A stretch of 61,979 nt of DNA, counting the filler. It is 21 parts of 21 records of this genome, joined end to end, with 100 filler letters (N's around TTAATTAATTAA, not from the genome) between each part and the next. Parts side by side here need not be neighbours in the genome. Positions count along the whole stretch, not along the records: positions 8,742 to 14,383 come from SRR36015645_92784; positions 14,484 to 19,147 come from SRR36015645_92875; positions 19,248 to 21,439 come from SRR36015645_93287; positions 21,540 to 24,762 come from SRR36015645_93542; 17 more parts are not named here. The stretch is one strand, 5' to 3'. Made by a program: the position numbers and the translations under genes. Positions within the stretch are counted from its first letter, which is position 1; each line of letters begins with the position of its first letter. The notes under the pieces were generated by a model. That model worked only from the letters and a program-made list of their open reading frames with translations. It made no database searches and was not told the DNA's origin. Shown here one piece after another: positions 11,801 to 24,160 of this stretch.

Positions 11801-14355
11801 GGCTACACACTGAGGAAGGGTGCGCTGTTGAGATGGCTTTTGACAAGGCATGTAACGGGCAATTACGCTGAAAGATTTAAGGAGATGGCTTCAACTTCGA
11901 AAGATCGAAAGCTGCATGAAGAACTTGGGCCAGCTAGAATTAGACGAGATCAACAAGACGTCAAAAGAATAAAAAACTTCATGAAAGATCAATGCACAAA
12001 TCCGTTCGAGATCACGGAGGTACCAACTGAATTGATAAACATCACTACAGGTCAGGTTGCTTCCAAGGAGGTGGAGGATTCTATGAAGGCTGTGCCTGCA
12101 AAGGGGAAGGAGATTATGGAGAAATTTACAAAAGAGAGGCTAGTTGAGAAAACAAAAAGCATCTGGAATCCCGTTCAAAAAAAACCCATTGTGACTTTTG
12201 CTGCAATGAGAAAGTTCCTGTCGATAGATAAGGAACAGAAGCTTGTGCTAGACACTGAGGTGTTGTTCCGCAGGTTGCTTGTAGTTTCAAGGACAAGAGA
12301 CGTCGATATGCGAGAAATCCTCAGTTTTGAACTAGCCGCTGTTCCTCCAGCTCTGTTTCATGATGACGGGACACTCCGGAAATCAAACAAAGCAGATCTG
12401 GCCAAGAGACTGGAAGATAACTGCGAGGAAGTCCACACCCTCCCGAAAGGTTCTTTGGTCACATCTAAACCAGCTGTCTATTTAATAGATGGGATGGCCA
12501 TGATTCAGGCTCTAAATGGTGATCATTTCAAGACTTTCAACGACATAGGGAAGCTGATTTTGAAGAGAGTCACAAGAATCCTAAACAACAGAGAAATGGA
12601 CCCACCAGTAGATACTGTCATTTTAGTGTTTGACCGATATGACAAGGAGCTTTCAATCAAAGGCACTGAGCGGCAACGACGAGGTGCAGTGGATTCAGGA
12701 GTAAGCAAATACCACATACTCGGGAACCGTGATGTACCAAACTATCGAATCTTCTTGAAATCAAATGTCAACAAGGAAAGCTTAGCATCATTCATCTGTC
12801 AGTTCATATGTGCAAATGGTGGAGTGGTTCTAGGCGAAGACAAGTCTATCATTCTGGCTGGAGGGTTTAGCGACGGAGAAGTTGTCAAGAGTATTCACGG
12901 AGGCCAGGTCTCACATATGGAGGAGCTTTACAGCACGCAAGAAGAAGCCGATACTCGATTGCTCTTGCATGCAATCCGTGCCTCTGAGGACCACTCTCGA
13001 GTGATAATTCGATGTGATGACACTGATGTGATGGTGTTGCTTCTCCACTACTGCAGCAGAGGAGAGTTATCGGGAGAGGTCTACATGCATGCAGGACATT
13101 CGGGGAAAATGGTCACACGTGAAAGATATGTGCCAATACACAAAATCACACGTCAGTTGACAAGTGATGTGTGCAGCATCCTTCCTGCAGTCCATGCACT
13201 TTCAGGTTGTGACACCACCAGTTCCTTGTACAGGATGGGTAAGCGCACTGCATACAATGTTGCAACTAAGAATGCAAAAGATTTACAAGGTCTTTGTGAC
13301 TTGACACGCGAGGATGATTTCCAAGAGTCAGCAAGGAGATTTGCTCTATTGTTGTACGGAAAGAAGGGAAGAGGTGTTGACTCTCTCAATGATCTCCGTT
13401 ACATTTTGGCCAGTACAACAGACAAGCCAGCATCCCAGTTACCTCCGACTGACGATGCATATGAGCAACATGTCAAGCGAGTTAACTATCAGGTAAAAAT
13501 TTGGACACAGAGTCACGTACCAAAACCAGAACTGCCAAGTCCAGTTGGGCATGGATGGTGGAGATCTAAATCAAAACAGTTGATACCAGTCTATTATACA
13601 AATGAATCGGCCCCGGCTGAAGTCCGTGACATCACTCATTTGTATTGCTCGGACAAGAATTGCACTGGACAGAAATGTCCGTGTGTCACGGCAGGACTGC
13701 CTTGCATAGAGATTTGTGATTGTGGAACTGATTGCGACAACCCAAACAACTCCAGTGTCTCAGATGTGGAAAACAGTGATGATTGATATGGGGAATCTTC
13801 TCAATATTTCTAATCTGTTGGCATTGACATATGAGCAATAGGTCATTGAAATATAGACATTTAAATAGTGGATATGCCTTCACCAGTTTCCTGTTATTCA
13901 TCAGAGTCACCTGCAGAGGGGAAGGTACATAATATCCTTTATTACTGTCCTGGGTCTTGGGAGGGGACTCCAGAATCAATGAAAATATGATATGTTTCAA
14001 CTCGGAGTAATATAATTACTATTACATAGTGTACGGTATGTGCCCCAAAACTAACTGTCGGTAATAAATCTGTATTTTAGTAACAGCCGTGTCTTTTGGT
14101 GTGTCACAAAGAAGGGGTTAAATCATATATTGCACGATTATTTCTGGGGTGTTACATATATTTTCATAGCTGCGACATCCTTTCGAATGAAATGACACCA
14201 ATGTGATTTTAGACCAATTTCTGCAATGAAAATTGACGTAACTTCTATTGGCTCCATATGTAAAAAAGAACAAAAAACAATGACAAATAAGGTGACTTTG
14301 GTCTCATTTCTGCAAAGAACAATGACACAAATGGTAACAGTCCCAGCTTATTGAA
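8845..14355 (+). mobile_element. Academ (AcademX-type) DNA transposon with subterminal inverted repeats
   Basis: A single long ORF is flanked by inverted repeats 8885-8993/14242-14355 and 8845-8876/14089-14121. True termini and TSD are not visible. Confidence 0.82.
8978..13786 (+). CDS. Academ transposase fused to XPG/FEN-like nuclease and C-terminal Cys-rich finger (about 1600 aa)
   Basis: Transposase motifs DNFDQNEETIDG..TTH, TADLAIY, LGGMH, DQALEQ. XPG-like motifs IDGMA, VFDRY, QEEADTR, DDTDV, SGCDTTS. Cys cluster C..C..C.C...C..C.C...C at the end. ATG at 8978 follows a T-tract-AG; AATAAA at 14063. Confidence 0.88.
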   Translation: MEPIEEVPPKKRRIIYDECCVFCEGALSKVLAGNPVVKNPGPDALKTILKVAEVRRDAVLERLQPFKDGILSGTGEVKVRFHSNCRATYTCRRNVQYAASKDSSTDGALMNVEGLTGLSRLRRFETSKFNIRTDCFVCGTSSTRKEKLTQILTGTGSTTRQRMLDAAIERNDPEIQMRMLTNTDLFAMDAKYHRSCYSAYISERNVRAAKARAVATQAKTDEDIVFDRLCEEMNATVFSRTKQITTLSALHERLAAISKEANSDAPVCSPRTLKEKLTVRFKQSLSFITQSGKSDLVCSGDVTLSEALQKVVQLQVSVSEMGEGEFEMPDVLINEDDSVTLHKAAGIIRNLTSELQFQSDQYEPSSQFDKVKCKNFIPNLLYDFVAWCISKKDFDSATMLGSGHKGNIDRIDMKVLAICHIIISVGRKIPTPITFGLGVKLHHDHGSRELVDYLNSLGHCISYDEVRRFLTAVADDELAVESGEGIPRGISPYDPLHMDTIVDAAIDNFDQNEETIDGKNTTHAMAIVLYQRSEAPEEIAIPRSKKKKRTLDLEAYQEVEIQRYNKPRQKPEPVIKWAVPDQQKASTTVKKDMVWSIARSRTPEDSHIPAWGGFNAVVCRKVVPLTRIKYLPFINASPSDISTIYTTLLKLVKLALALGQDHILVTADLAIYSKAQQVLWAQPGPLDGRVTMRLGGMHLTMAFIGSIGCLFGDGGLRQMLTGSDVYADSTVGRMLEGKQYSRGLRGIKLVHEVLSHLFFKAAEQFARENNLEWFDDSTLRLIDDLENAFKINEPSAAATAVMEELECRISDSVLETLEKFKSAGKEKSTTFQYWLIFLQVGNILLKLLRADREANFQLHLEAVLETIPYFFLTGRVNYARYTTCYIAEMCGLETSSPQMFQHMENGGFVVKRSEKIFNCVPTDQALEQSINREAKSKGGVIGYTLRKGALLRWLLTRHVTGNYAERFKEMASTSKDRKLHEELGPARIRRDQQDVKRIKNFMKDQCTNPFEITEVPTELINITTGQVASKEVEDSMKAVPAKGKEIMEKFTKERLVEKTKSIWNPVQKKPIVTFAAMRKFLSIDKEQKLVLDTEVLFRRLLVVSRTRDVDMREILSFELAAVPPALFHDDGTLRKSNKADLAKRLEDNCEEVHTLPKGSLVTSKPAVYLIDGMAMIQALNGDHFKTFNDIGKLILKRVTRILNNREMDPPVDTVILVFDRYDKELSIKGTERQRRGAVDSGVSKYHILGNRDVPNYRIFLKSNVNKESLASFICQFICANGGVVLGEDKSIILAGGFSDGEVVKSIHGGQVSHMEELYSTQEEADTRLLLHAIRASEDHSRVIIRCDDTDVMVLLLHYCSRGELSGEVYMHAGHSGKMVTRERYVPIHKITRQLTSDVCSILPAVHALSGCDTTSSLYRMGKRTAYNVATKNAKDLQGLCDLTREDDFQESARRFALLLYGKKGRGVDSLNDLRYILASTTDKPASQLPPTDDAYEQHVKRVNYQVKIWTQSHVPKPELPSPVGHGWWRSKSKQLIPVYYTNESAPAEVRDITHLYCSDKNCTGQKCPCVTAGLPCIEICDCGTDCDNPNNSSVSDVENSDD

Positions 14356-14483
14356 GAGGATTAAATTACCTTCAATTTGAGCCNNNNNNNNNNNNNNNNN
14401 NNNNNNNNNNNNNNNNNNNNNNNNNNNTTAATTAATTAANNNNNNNNNNNNNNNNNNNNNNNNNNNNNNNNNNNNNNNNNNNN

Positions 14484-17400
14484 GCCAAGTCTATCAGCAT
14501 GCTAAGGAGGCTATTTAGCGACACAGAAGATGCCTATCAGGATGTAACTGCCAAACACAATGCTTACCTGCAGACTCTGGACGAGCAGCTTCTAAATGAT
14601 ACCACAGAACAAGAAGAAGCTTGGCTTCTAGAAGTTCAATCTGCATTTGACAGCACCTTAGAAGAGTGGCTGACTGTGGAAGAACAGTCAGAAAAACTGA
14701 AAACTCAAACATCAGCTGCAGCGGCTATTGCAAGAGGTAGAGTACTAAGGGGCTTGAAACTTGACGAAGTAAACTACTTGGTTGAACAATTGAATAAGAC
14801 ATTAGAAGGTGAAGAAATATCAGCATCCACCTTGCATGCGCTCAAGAAACAACTAACACAAGCTGCTAGTGACACTGAGAAAGAGCATCAGATTGTATTG
14901 GATAACATTATACAGGAAGATGAGCTCAGAACAGAACATACTTGGCTGAGAAATGTAAAGATTACAGTAGGCGATGCAACGACGCGCCTTGACACAGCCA
15001 TTCAGGCTTTAGAGGAGAAGCCAGCACCAACCCCCAATAATAATGGGAAAGGTACAAAGCTGGAGAAACTGAAGCATCCAGTCTTCAGTGGACAGTTGCG
15101 AGACTATCCAAGATGGAAACGGGACTTTGAGAAGCTGGTAAAAAACAACGTCCCTCAAGAAGATGCAAGCTATGCACTAAGAAACACGTGTCTTCCTAAA
15201 GAAGTTCTGCTACACCTAGGAGGAGTAGAGGACGATTTAGAAGGAATGTTAGAACGGCTGGATTCTAGATTTGGTGATAAAGTAAAATTAGCTGAAGTCA
15301 TTATGAATGACATCGAGGCTTTCAGACCTGTTAAAGATGGAGAAGACAAAAGATTGATTTCATTCATTAACAAGTTGGAAATAGCAGAAAGAGATATGAA
15401 GAGTTTGAAAATGATTGATCATCTAAACAATCCTCTCACAGTCTCGATAGCGGAGAAACGTTTGCCACAAAGAATAAAAAACAAATGGTATGCAAAAATT
15501 GTGGACAAAAAGAATAAAATTGATGAAACTAACAAATTCGCTAGTTTACTTGAATTTCTCGACCAGATAAGAAAGGAAATAGAATACGGGGCTTCCGACA
15601 TCAGAACTACGTCATCCAGTGTAAAAGGAGCTGCCTTCTACATGGAAGGAGACGATGCAAAGCCATCAGTCAAATTCAAGAAAAGTACAGACTCTGAAGA
15701 CAAAGGTTGCTTCAAGTGTGGGGACACTACCCACTGGGCCAAACAATGTCCTTCAGAGAAGCGAGAAGCCTCTGGTAAATGTTTGCTACATGGCAAATCA
15801 GCTGGTCATGAAACAAAGGACTGTCGCCAATTGAATAGGAAGACTGCAAAGGAGGTCTCCGAGCTTTGCAAAGAAAAGGGTGCATGTTTTGGATGTCTTA
15901 TCCCTGGACACAGAAAGAACACATGCAGAAAGAAGATACAGTGTGGAGTGGACGGATGTACAGGAAATCATCATTCGTTGTTCCACAAACGCCCAGAAAC
16001 TAAGAGTTCTTCTAGTACAGCTAATGCTACCGGTACATCCTTACATAGCATTGGGAGCATCAAAGCACGATCAGCCAAGGCCAATAAGTCTGACTTTATG
16101 GACATGCATAAGAAAAGTGCAGCCTTACTGATGATACAAAAAATCAACAGTATTGGAGAATCACTTAATGTTTTCTGGGATGCAGGGGCAACCTTATCCA
16201 TGATAACGCTGGATGCAGCCGAGCGTTTAGGTTTAAATGGTCACAAGGTCAGACTTTCCATGAGGAAGGTCGGCAATGAGCTGACTACTATAGATAGCTT
16301 TGAATACCAACTGCCACTGTTCACCCAGGATGGTGTAAAGATGGACATAGAAGTCTATGGAGTGCCTACTATTTGTGCAGATATCAAACCCATAAACATC
16401 AAGGACATGGGACGGCAGTTTAAGAATATTCCTGTGCACGAACTGGAAAGACCCGTTGGCAAAGTGGATGTTCTAATTGGCATTGAACATTTCGATTTGC
16501 ATCCACAGCCAATTCTCTTTCAAGGACAAATGGCAGTGTGCCAAAATCAATTTGGCAGATGCTTAGCAGGCACCAATGATGAGCTGACCGAAGCTACACA
16601 AAACAGTGAGATGATTGCAGCCATTTATTGCACTCAGTATGTGGAAGAGGCTACAATCAATACAGCCAAAGTTACACTGGACCCATTTTTTCAAATGGAA
16701 GAGCTAGGAGTGTGGTGTAATCCAAAATGCGGAGGCTGCAAATGTGGCAACTGTGCTATAGCAGGTAGCGCAACTGAGCAAAAAGAAGCTAGGGAACAAC
16801 AGCTTATCGAAGAGGGTATGACCTATGATCCGACCATCAAGCGATGGATCGTTAATTACCCCTTAATTAAGGATATTACGGATATCCAAGACAACAGACC
16901 AGTAGCCTTGGCCAGACTAGAGAGCCAAGAAAGACGTCTGTTGAAGAATCCTGAAACTGCAGATCAGTATAGAGAACTGATTAAAGACTTAATATCTCGT
17001 GGATACGCAAAAAGGCTGACAGCTAAGGAACTAGAAGAATGGAAAGGACCAAAGCATTATATAGTGCACCATGCAGTTTGTAAACCAGACTCCACATCTA
17101 CACCATCACGAATAGTCTGGAACAGCTCACAAAAATTCAAGGGTCATTCACTTAATGATTATTATGGCAAAGGATCGGCTGATAATGTGAATGGCTTGTT
17201 GGGTGTCTTGTTGCGATTTAACAGAGGTCCCTTCGCTGCTGTCGGAGACATCAAGAAGATGTTTAACCAGTTTTTCTTATCAGAAAGGGATCAGCACTTG
17301 CACAGATTCCTTTGGCGAGATCTAGATCAGAGCAAAGAACCCGACACATACATTCTTACTGCAGTTACCATGGGCGACCGGCCAGCCCCGTCGGTGGCAG

Positions 17401-19147
17401 CTGTGGCTCTGAAGAAGACCGCTGAGCTTGGACAGAGTAAATATCCAGAAGCTGCAGCTGTAATCAAACGTCAAACTTACGTCGATGATATTCTGCCATC
17501 ATTCGAAACACAAGAAGAAGCATTACAGCGGACAAAGGAAATAGATGAAATTCTAGACATGGCAAATTTGGAGGTAAAGGGTTGGACAATTTCAGGCATA
17601 GCTCCTGCAATAAGCGACCAATCAACCACAAGTGACAGAGGAACAACAGCCACAGACTTCAACGTCACTGTGACTGGTGAACAACAAACGGATTGTGACG
17701 CAGTGACATTAGATCAAGATCAAGTCAAGGATAATGTCACTTACCAATCAAAATTGATCTTGCAGGATTATCCAGTAACTAGGATTCTCGGTATGGAATG
17801 GGATCCCGAGGATGACATGTATTTCTTCCGGGTCAAAGTGAATTTTTCTCAGAAACGAGGAAACCTTAGACTAGGACCAGATCTTAGAGAAGACGAAATC
17901 GTTATGAAGACCCCGCAAGAACTTACTAAGCGTATGATAGTCAGCCAGATCAACTCGATGTATGATCCTCTTGGCCTTGCAACACCAGTAACAATAGGAG
18001 CCAAAATCCTATTACGGAAAACATGCAATGATGCATCACTGGACTGGGATTGCCCGGTAAATGAGGAACAACGTAATGAGTGGCTAAACTTCTTCTGTAG
18101 CCTCTTCAAGATGAACAACATTCGTTTTCATCGATGTGTAAAGCCACCTAGTGCTGTCCTGGATGAAGATCCCACATTGATAGTGTTCAGTGATGGCTCA
18201 GAACAAGCATACGGAGCCTGTGCTTACTTGCGATGGAGGTTAACTGATGGAGGGTATGATGCAAGACTCATTATGTCTAAGAACAAGATAGCACCTAGGC
18301 ATCGTCAGACCATACCTAGAATCGAGCTGATGGGAGCGGTAATCGGAACTCGAATAAGAGTAACACTAGAAAAGGAATTAGATATGCCATTCAATAAAGT
18401 CTATCATTTGATAGATTCTCAGATAGTAAAGGCAATGATACAGAAGGATTCCCACGCCTTTCAACAATTTGTAGGAGTTCGCATTGGAGAAATACACAGA
18501 CATTCAGAGACAGATGAATGGGCATGGATTCGGGCAGAGCACAATCCAGCTGACCTGCTGACACGGTTTATGCATAAGGACATTGGATGTGATTCCATGT
18601 GGCAAAGGGGACCAGCATTCTTGAAGGATCCTGAGGAACACTGGCCCATATCACGGGAAAGCAATGTTGACCAAATACCAGATGTAGTTGGATCTGCTGC
18701 ATCTTCCGAAATTATACAGCTGAGATATGATGTACTCCCATATGTGGACAGCCTGCAATGCAACAATGTAACCTACGTGGAGGATAATTTCGACTACATG
18801 ATTAGCCGATTCAACTCATACGATAAGTTGCTAAGAGTTACAGCACGACTGATGTCGCTTAAAGAGCAACCACGTAGCCTAAAGAACATTGGTAAGGAAA
18901 TTACTGCAAAAAATCTTGAGGAAGCGGAGAAGCACCTTATAAAGGCAGAACAAAGAAGGATAATAGACGATGCCAACAAGTATGACAGGTTAAGTCCAAC
19001 GATTGATAGCAATGGAATACTTATTGTTGGCACTCGAATGGCCGAGTACTTAAAGGCTAACTATGATAAAGAGGGCTTCCCTCTCCTACCTGAAGGATGG
19101 TTTGCTAAGCTTTATGTAAGAAAGATACACGAAAACGGCCATGGAGG
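14484..19147 (+). mobile_element. BEL/Pao LTR retrotransposon gag-pol, partial at both ends
   Basis: FSGQLRDYPRW gag motif, several Cys/His knuckles, protease WDAGAT, RT (GDIKKMF, HRFLWR, YVDD), Pao RNase H (FSDGSEQAYG, PRIELMGA, NPADLLTR), start of the integrase His motif. Confidence 0.95.
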
Positions 19148-19247
19148 NNNNNNNNNNNNNNNNNNNNNNNNNNNNNNNNNNNNNNNNNNNNTTAATTAAT
19201 TAANNNNNNNNNNNNNNNNNNNNNNNNNNNNNNNNNNNNNNNNNNNN

Positions 19248-21172
19248 GGTCCTTGCCATCCATTGACCATAACTGAACTCGATATCCCCGTGTAAAGTAT
19301 CCTAATCCACTTTTTGAAGACTGGGCCAAAGTTAAATTTGTCTAGACAGATTTCAATGAAGCGCCATTCGATTCGGTCAAAAGCTTTTTCTTCATCAAGT
19401 GTAAGGACTCCTAATTTGGAATTTTCCCTGTTTGAATATGCGATAACATCCCTCATTATGGCTATGTTGTTTTGTATAATTCTTCCTGGGACCGCACATG
19501 ACTGTTCTTCACCTATGATGGTAGGAAGCACATGTTTTAATCTGTTAGCCAGAATTTTTGCAAGAATTTTATAATCACTATTGAGCAGGCTGATTGGCCT
19601 CCAAAACTTCAGATCTTCTTTAATACCTGTTAATTTGAAAATCAAAATAATTAGTGCATTTTTCATGGAGTCGGACATGTCTTCTAGTCGGAAAATTTCG
19701 TTTAGCAAATTTAGATAGTCATGTTTGATCTGGTTCCAGAAGGTTTTATAGAATTGTGCGCCAAGGCCGTCATCACCGGGTGTTTTCCCAGAGCTCAGCT
19801 GTTTGAGTGCAGTTTCACATTCCTTGAGGTTAATTCCATTGTCGCATATTGCTCTCTGTTCTTCATTTAGTCTTTTGTCCACGTGGCTTACGATGTGGGC
19901 TGCTTTTGCTTCATCAATAGTTTGGCTAGTGTAGAGTGTCTTGTAAAACTCTGTGCATTCTTGTAGAATGTTCTGCGTGTTTGTTTTTAGATGGCCATCT
20001 CTTCCTATGATACCACGCATGCTTTTTAGTTTAGCCCTCTGTTTCTCCAATCCAACGAAAAACTTTGTGGGTCTTTCACCTTGTTCTTCCCACAGCGCTT
20101 TCGCTCGTATCTTGTCTCCTTCTGTCTTTTTACGCTCTAATTCTTTGATTCTATTTTCTATAGTGCCTAGTATTTCGGAGTATCCATTCTGTCCTTCGTG
20201 AATTTTCTTCGTTAAGCGCTCACGATCTTTTTGTAGCTTCTTTCCTAGTTGTTTTTCTTTCTTCACTTTTGTGTTACAGTATTCTATAGAGATCCCTTTA
20301 ACATCTCTTTTGAATTTATCCCACCAGTCAATCATCCGTGTGTTGGGTGGTCTTGATATCTTCCAGTTATTAATGTATGCTATGATTGTACTTTGGTACT
20401 CCTGCTGGCTAAGTACGGAATCATTCAAAATCCACTTCCCCGGTCCTAGGTTGATACCAGAAACAGAATCAAGTCGTATTGAGAGAGCATCATGGTCACT
20501 AAATGGACAGTAAATCAAATTTACATTTGAGACAGCAGTGTTTAGTCGGTCGTCTACACATATATAGTCCAATCGACTAGCAATTGTTTTAGCTGCATTT
20601 TGATATGTGTAACCGCATTTTTCGGAATATCGATCTCTCCATATATCACAAAGGTTGCCATTCTCCATTAGTGTTTTGAATGTAGACCGGCTGGCATCGA
20701 GCGTAGATTTTCTATGTAGACTATCTTTGGTAGGGTCAAGGCATAGATTCATATCCCCAGCCAATAAGTTCATGATCTCGTCTTTCCCCATTGCACGCTC
20801 TACAATTTTGAAGAATTTTCTCCTATCGCTTGGTATGTTTGGAGCATAGGCATTCAATAACCGTATATGATCATTATTCCATTCTATATCTAAGCATAAT
20901 AACCTTCCCTCATTATCTTCTTGCCCTTCCAGTATATTGATTTCATTTTTTCTTAGCATTATGCAAACTCCCCTAGAATGTGATGTTCCATGACTAAAAT
21001 AAATGTCACCTCCCCACTCGGTTTTCCATTGCTCTTCCGATTGAATGGATGAATGGGTCTCTTGTAACATCACAATGTCAGCTGTTTGTCTTCTCACCCA
21101 CTCAAAAACTTCAGTTCTTTTCTCATTATTTTTAATACCATTGACATTAAGTGTTATAAGGCTTAGTGCCAT
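19248..21172 (-). CDS. L1/Tx1 LINE ORF2 (APE and start of RT), 3'-partial
   Basis: ATG at 21172; TLNVNG, LQETH, YAPN, GDMN, SRLDY, SDH, GPGKW, KTPGDDG, WRPISLLN, DEEKAFDR. Confidence 0.95.
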
Positions 21173-21192
21173 TATGATAAATGGATACTTAA

Positions 21193-21439
21193 CTATTTGA
21201 TACATTGCAGTGGCGGGTTAATTGATGTCGTTTTCTTATCAGGTCTCCTTGCTCTCCAGTAGTATCGTCCTTTATGGAACCAGGCATCCTTTATCTTGTA
21301 CTTCTCTATCTCGTTCTTTGTATCTTCACTAGCTTCTTTAGCAATCAACATGTTCCTGGATGCTATTTTTTTGTTGTCGGTCCGTCTCCAGTGCCACAGT
21401 CCATCCTGAGACATGAAGGGTTCCATAAAGGATAGTGTG
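21193..21439 (-). CDS. Probable C-terminus of ORF1 of the same L1/Tx1 element, 5'-partial
   Basis: The ORF ends 20 nt upstream of the ORF2 ATG on the same strand; no diagnostic motif. Confidence 0.55.
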
Positions 21440-23230
21440 NNNNNNNNNNNNNNNNNNNNNNNNNNNNNNNNNNNNNNNNNNNNTTAATTAATTAANNNNN
21501 NNNNNNNNNNNNNNNNNNNNNNNNNNNNNNNNNNNNNNNTACCCATTTAGAAAAATCTAAAAGAGTAACATTTTCAAAATATACAAAAGAAGCGGCATTG
21601 TTATTTGTTTTTGTCAGTTTTTGATTGCTACGTAAAGTTGAAAGTTGCAAGCATGTATGCATAATTTTACTGTATACAATAGTGTTTAATGCGTGTCTGG
21701 AAGAATGTAAGCCTGTGAAAAATGCGTTAGTAATTAAATAAAAAAACAGTAAATAAGAAGAATGAAGAAACATGTCCATCATGGTTAGATGGGCCCGTAC
21801 ATGAATTTGTAAAAACAAAGGTTTGTTGTGAAATTTGTAACAGATTTACGCAGAATGAAATATTTGATATATTTTGCCCCAATAGGGAAGCACAGGGTCA
21901 TATTATCGTGCGCAGTGAAACCCACTCTTTCCTTTTGTAACTTAGACTGTGTTCACTCATCTTGTAATTAAGGCTATTGACCCTAACTAACACACGACAT
22001 ACAAGCCACATGGAAAAATAGTTACTGCACTTATGTCCACTGGTCTATACCTCAAAGTCATCACGAACATGCTGTTATTTCGTCGCACAAATGAAATAGT
22101 CAGTTTCAATTATATACAATAATTATGTGCTTCGAAATATTTTCAAATAACTAGCCAGCATGAAGCATTGTATTATTTGTACATGTAGTGTATTGGGAAT
22201 TAGACAGCTTGCAATACATGCATTTATCCGGCTATGTACATATAAAATTAGCATACAACACTATCACCGTGTACATCACACATATATGGGCCTAATTATG
22301 CAAACATTTAGAGTTTTAAGACAGCTAAGTATTTATCTGACTGACTATTGAGGTATTGATGGTTTATACAAGGGGGTGTTCAAAAACTTCGAAACATGCG
22401 TAAATCAAGCAAACTGCGCAAGAAAAGGTTTTAAGTGGTTATAGGCTACAAAAGTGCCTCAGACAAAAAAGATGTAGCCAAGAAAAAATATACAGTATAG
22501 TCTACCCCGATTGAAATTATAACGTTCCACTCACGAACTGGGGTTTCTACTTGTCCATAAACGTAAGCCTCGTATAATTTGCACAGCGATATGTTACCAG
22601 GCGTAATAATTATAATAGGCGAATAAATTATAGGCCTACTTATGGTAGACACTATTGCTAACAATATACATGTATATAGCGAGTTTTGTACAGGCAGCGA
22701 AGCGAAGGGAACAAAAAAAAATTAACTGTAAAGAATTGGCAATAATAAAAAACAATAATTATAGCAATAATAATAATAATAAATTATAAGTAGAAGCTCG
22801 AATTATTTACATACAAAAAATAATAATAATTACAACAACAACAATAATATTAATAATAAACATGGCAATCATGCAATATTAACAGCAAAAAATCAATAAT
22901 TGTAATTTTATGTAGATCTACACCTTATAACACTGCTAGCATGCATTCACCAAATTATTACAAGTTATAAGGTACACCTCCACATAAATCCAAAGAAGAT
23001 CAAATTATTGTTTCATACTATGTGAGATAGATTTAACTTTAGTCTTCGGATGCAAGTTGTACTCTAGTTAGTAATTACTGCCTGAGTCTCTGAGAAGGTA
23101 AGTTCAGCAACTGTCTTTTAGAGGTACATTATATTGATGTGTCGCAAAAGTCTTCATAAGCAATAAAATTTGATTATCTAGATGCAGGTAAGGGCGACAC
23201 GGAGTAGGTAAATGCAATAATATAAGTATT

Positions 23231-24160
23231 TTAAGTTGTAAGGCGTCCTAATTCTTCACGATTTCTGATCGCACAAATTCTTCCAGTTTTGTCCTTTGCC
23301 AGAACTCTGCCGTCCGAGGTCCATGTACCCTGTATTTTGGCTTCACGTAGTAGCTTTCTGCATTCAGCAAAGAGCGAGCTTCGAACCTTGGTCAGGTCCT
23401 CGGAAACAAAAATGGACCGGGTTCTGTCATTATTTCGGAGTGAAGATCTGTTCTTGTACAGCAGGCGGCGTTTGTTGTAAGCAACGAACTTACATATTAT
23501 TGCTCGCGGTTTGGAGGCATCAGTTGTAGGTTTGCCTACCCGGTGCGAGCGTGAGATGTCGGCCTCTGTAATGGGAACGTTAAGCTGCTTGCAGATCTCA
23601 AGTACTTTATCGTCAGTACTTTCATTGGCAGACTCCTTGACGCCCCATATTCGAACAGCGTTTCTCCGTCCATACTGTTCAATTTCGTCGTTAAACGAAT
23701 CCTGGCTACTAAGCTTGCGCTTACATTCCTTTAGATCTTCTTCCAATGTTGCAGCCTTACGTTCGAGATTCTGGATTTTTTCGTTTTGCTTATTCAGAAT
23801 CGCATCACACCGAAGCGAAACCATTTGGTCAAGCACCTTATCGCACCTGTCCTTCACTTGTTCAGCAACGAGCTGTTCGATCTTTTTCTCCAGACGTCGC
23901 TCTGTAGCAGCACCAATGGCGTCGAGAACCACTGGATCGAGAATAACAAGCTTGATATCCTCCAGCATTACGTCTCCCCGAATCATTTTATACTTTGGGA
24001 TACCCGACTCATCGTTAGGAGAATGGGAAAAGGAGCTGTCTGAAGAGATTTCCTTTCTTTTGTTGACATCAGGAGTAAATGTAGAATTCAAGGCATCACG
24101 GCTGGCATCACGGCTGTCTATACTGTCATTAACACTCATGTCTGGATTTTTCTCTGCCAT
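23231..24160 (-). CDS. LINE ORF1 with coiled coil and L1-type RRM/CTD (CR1/L2/Crack group)
   Basis: Heptad coiled coil followed by EQYGRRNAVRIWGVKE, SRSHRVG, PRAIICKF, IFVSEDLT, WTSDGRV. Confidence 0.88.
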   Translation of the reverse strand: MAEKNPDMSVNDSIDSRDASRDALNSTFTPDVNKRKEISSDSSFSHSPNDESGIPKYKMIRGDVMLEDIKLVILDPVVLDAIGAATERRLEKKIEQLVAEQVKDRCDKVLDQMVSLRCDAILNKQNEKIQNLERKAATLEEDLKECKRKLSSQDSFNDEIEQYGRRNAVRIWGVKESANESTDDKVLEICKQLNVPITEADISRSHRVGKPTTDASKPRAIICKFVAYNKRRLLYKNRSSLRNNDRTRSIFVSEDLTKVRSSLFAECRKLLREAKIQGTWTSDGRVLAKDKTGRICAIRNREELGRLTT

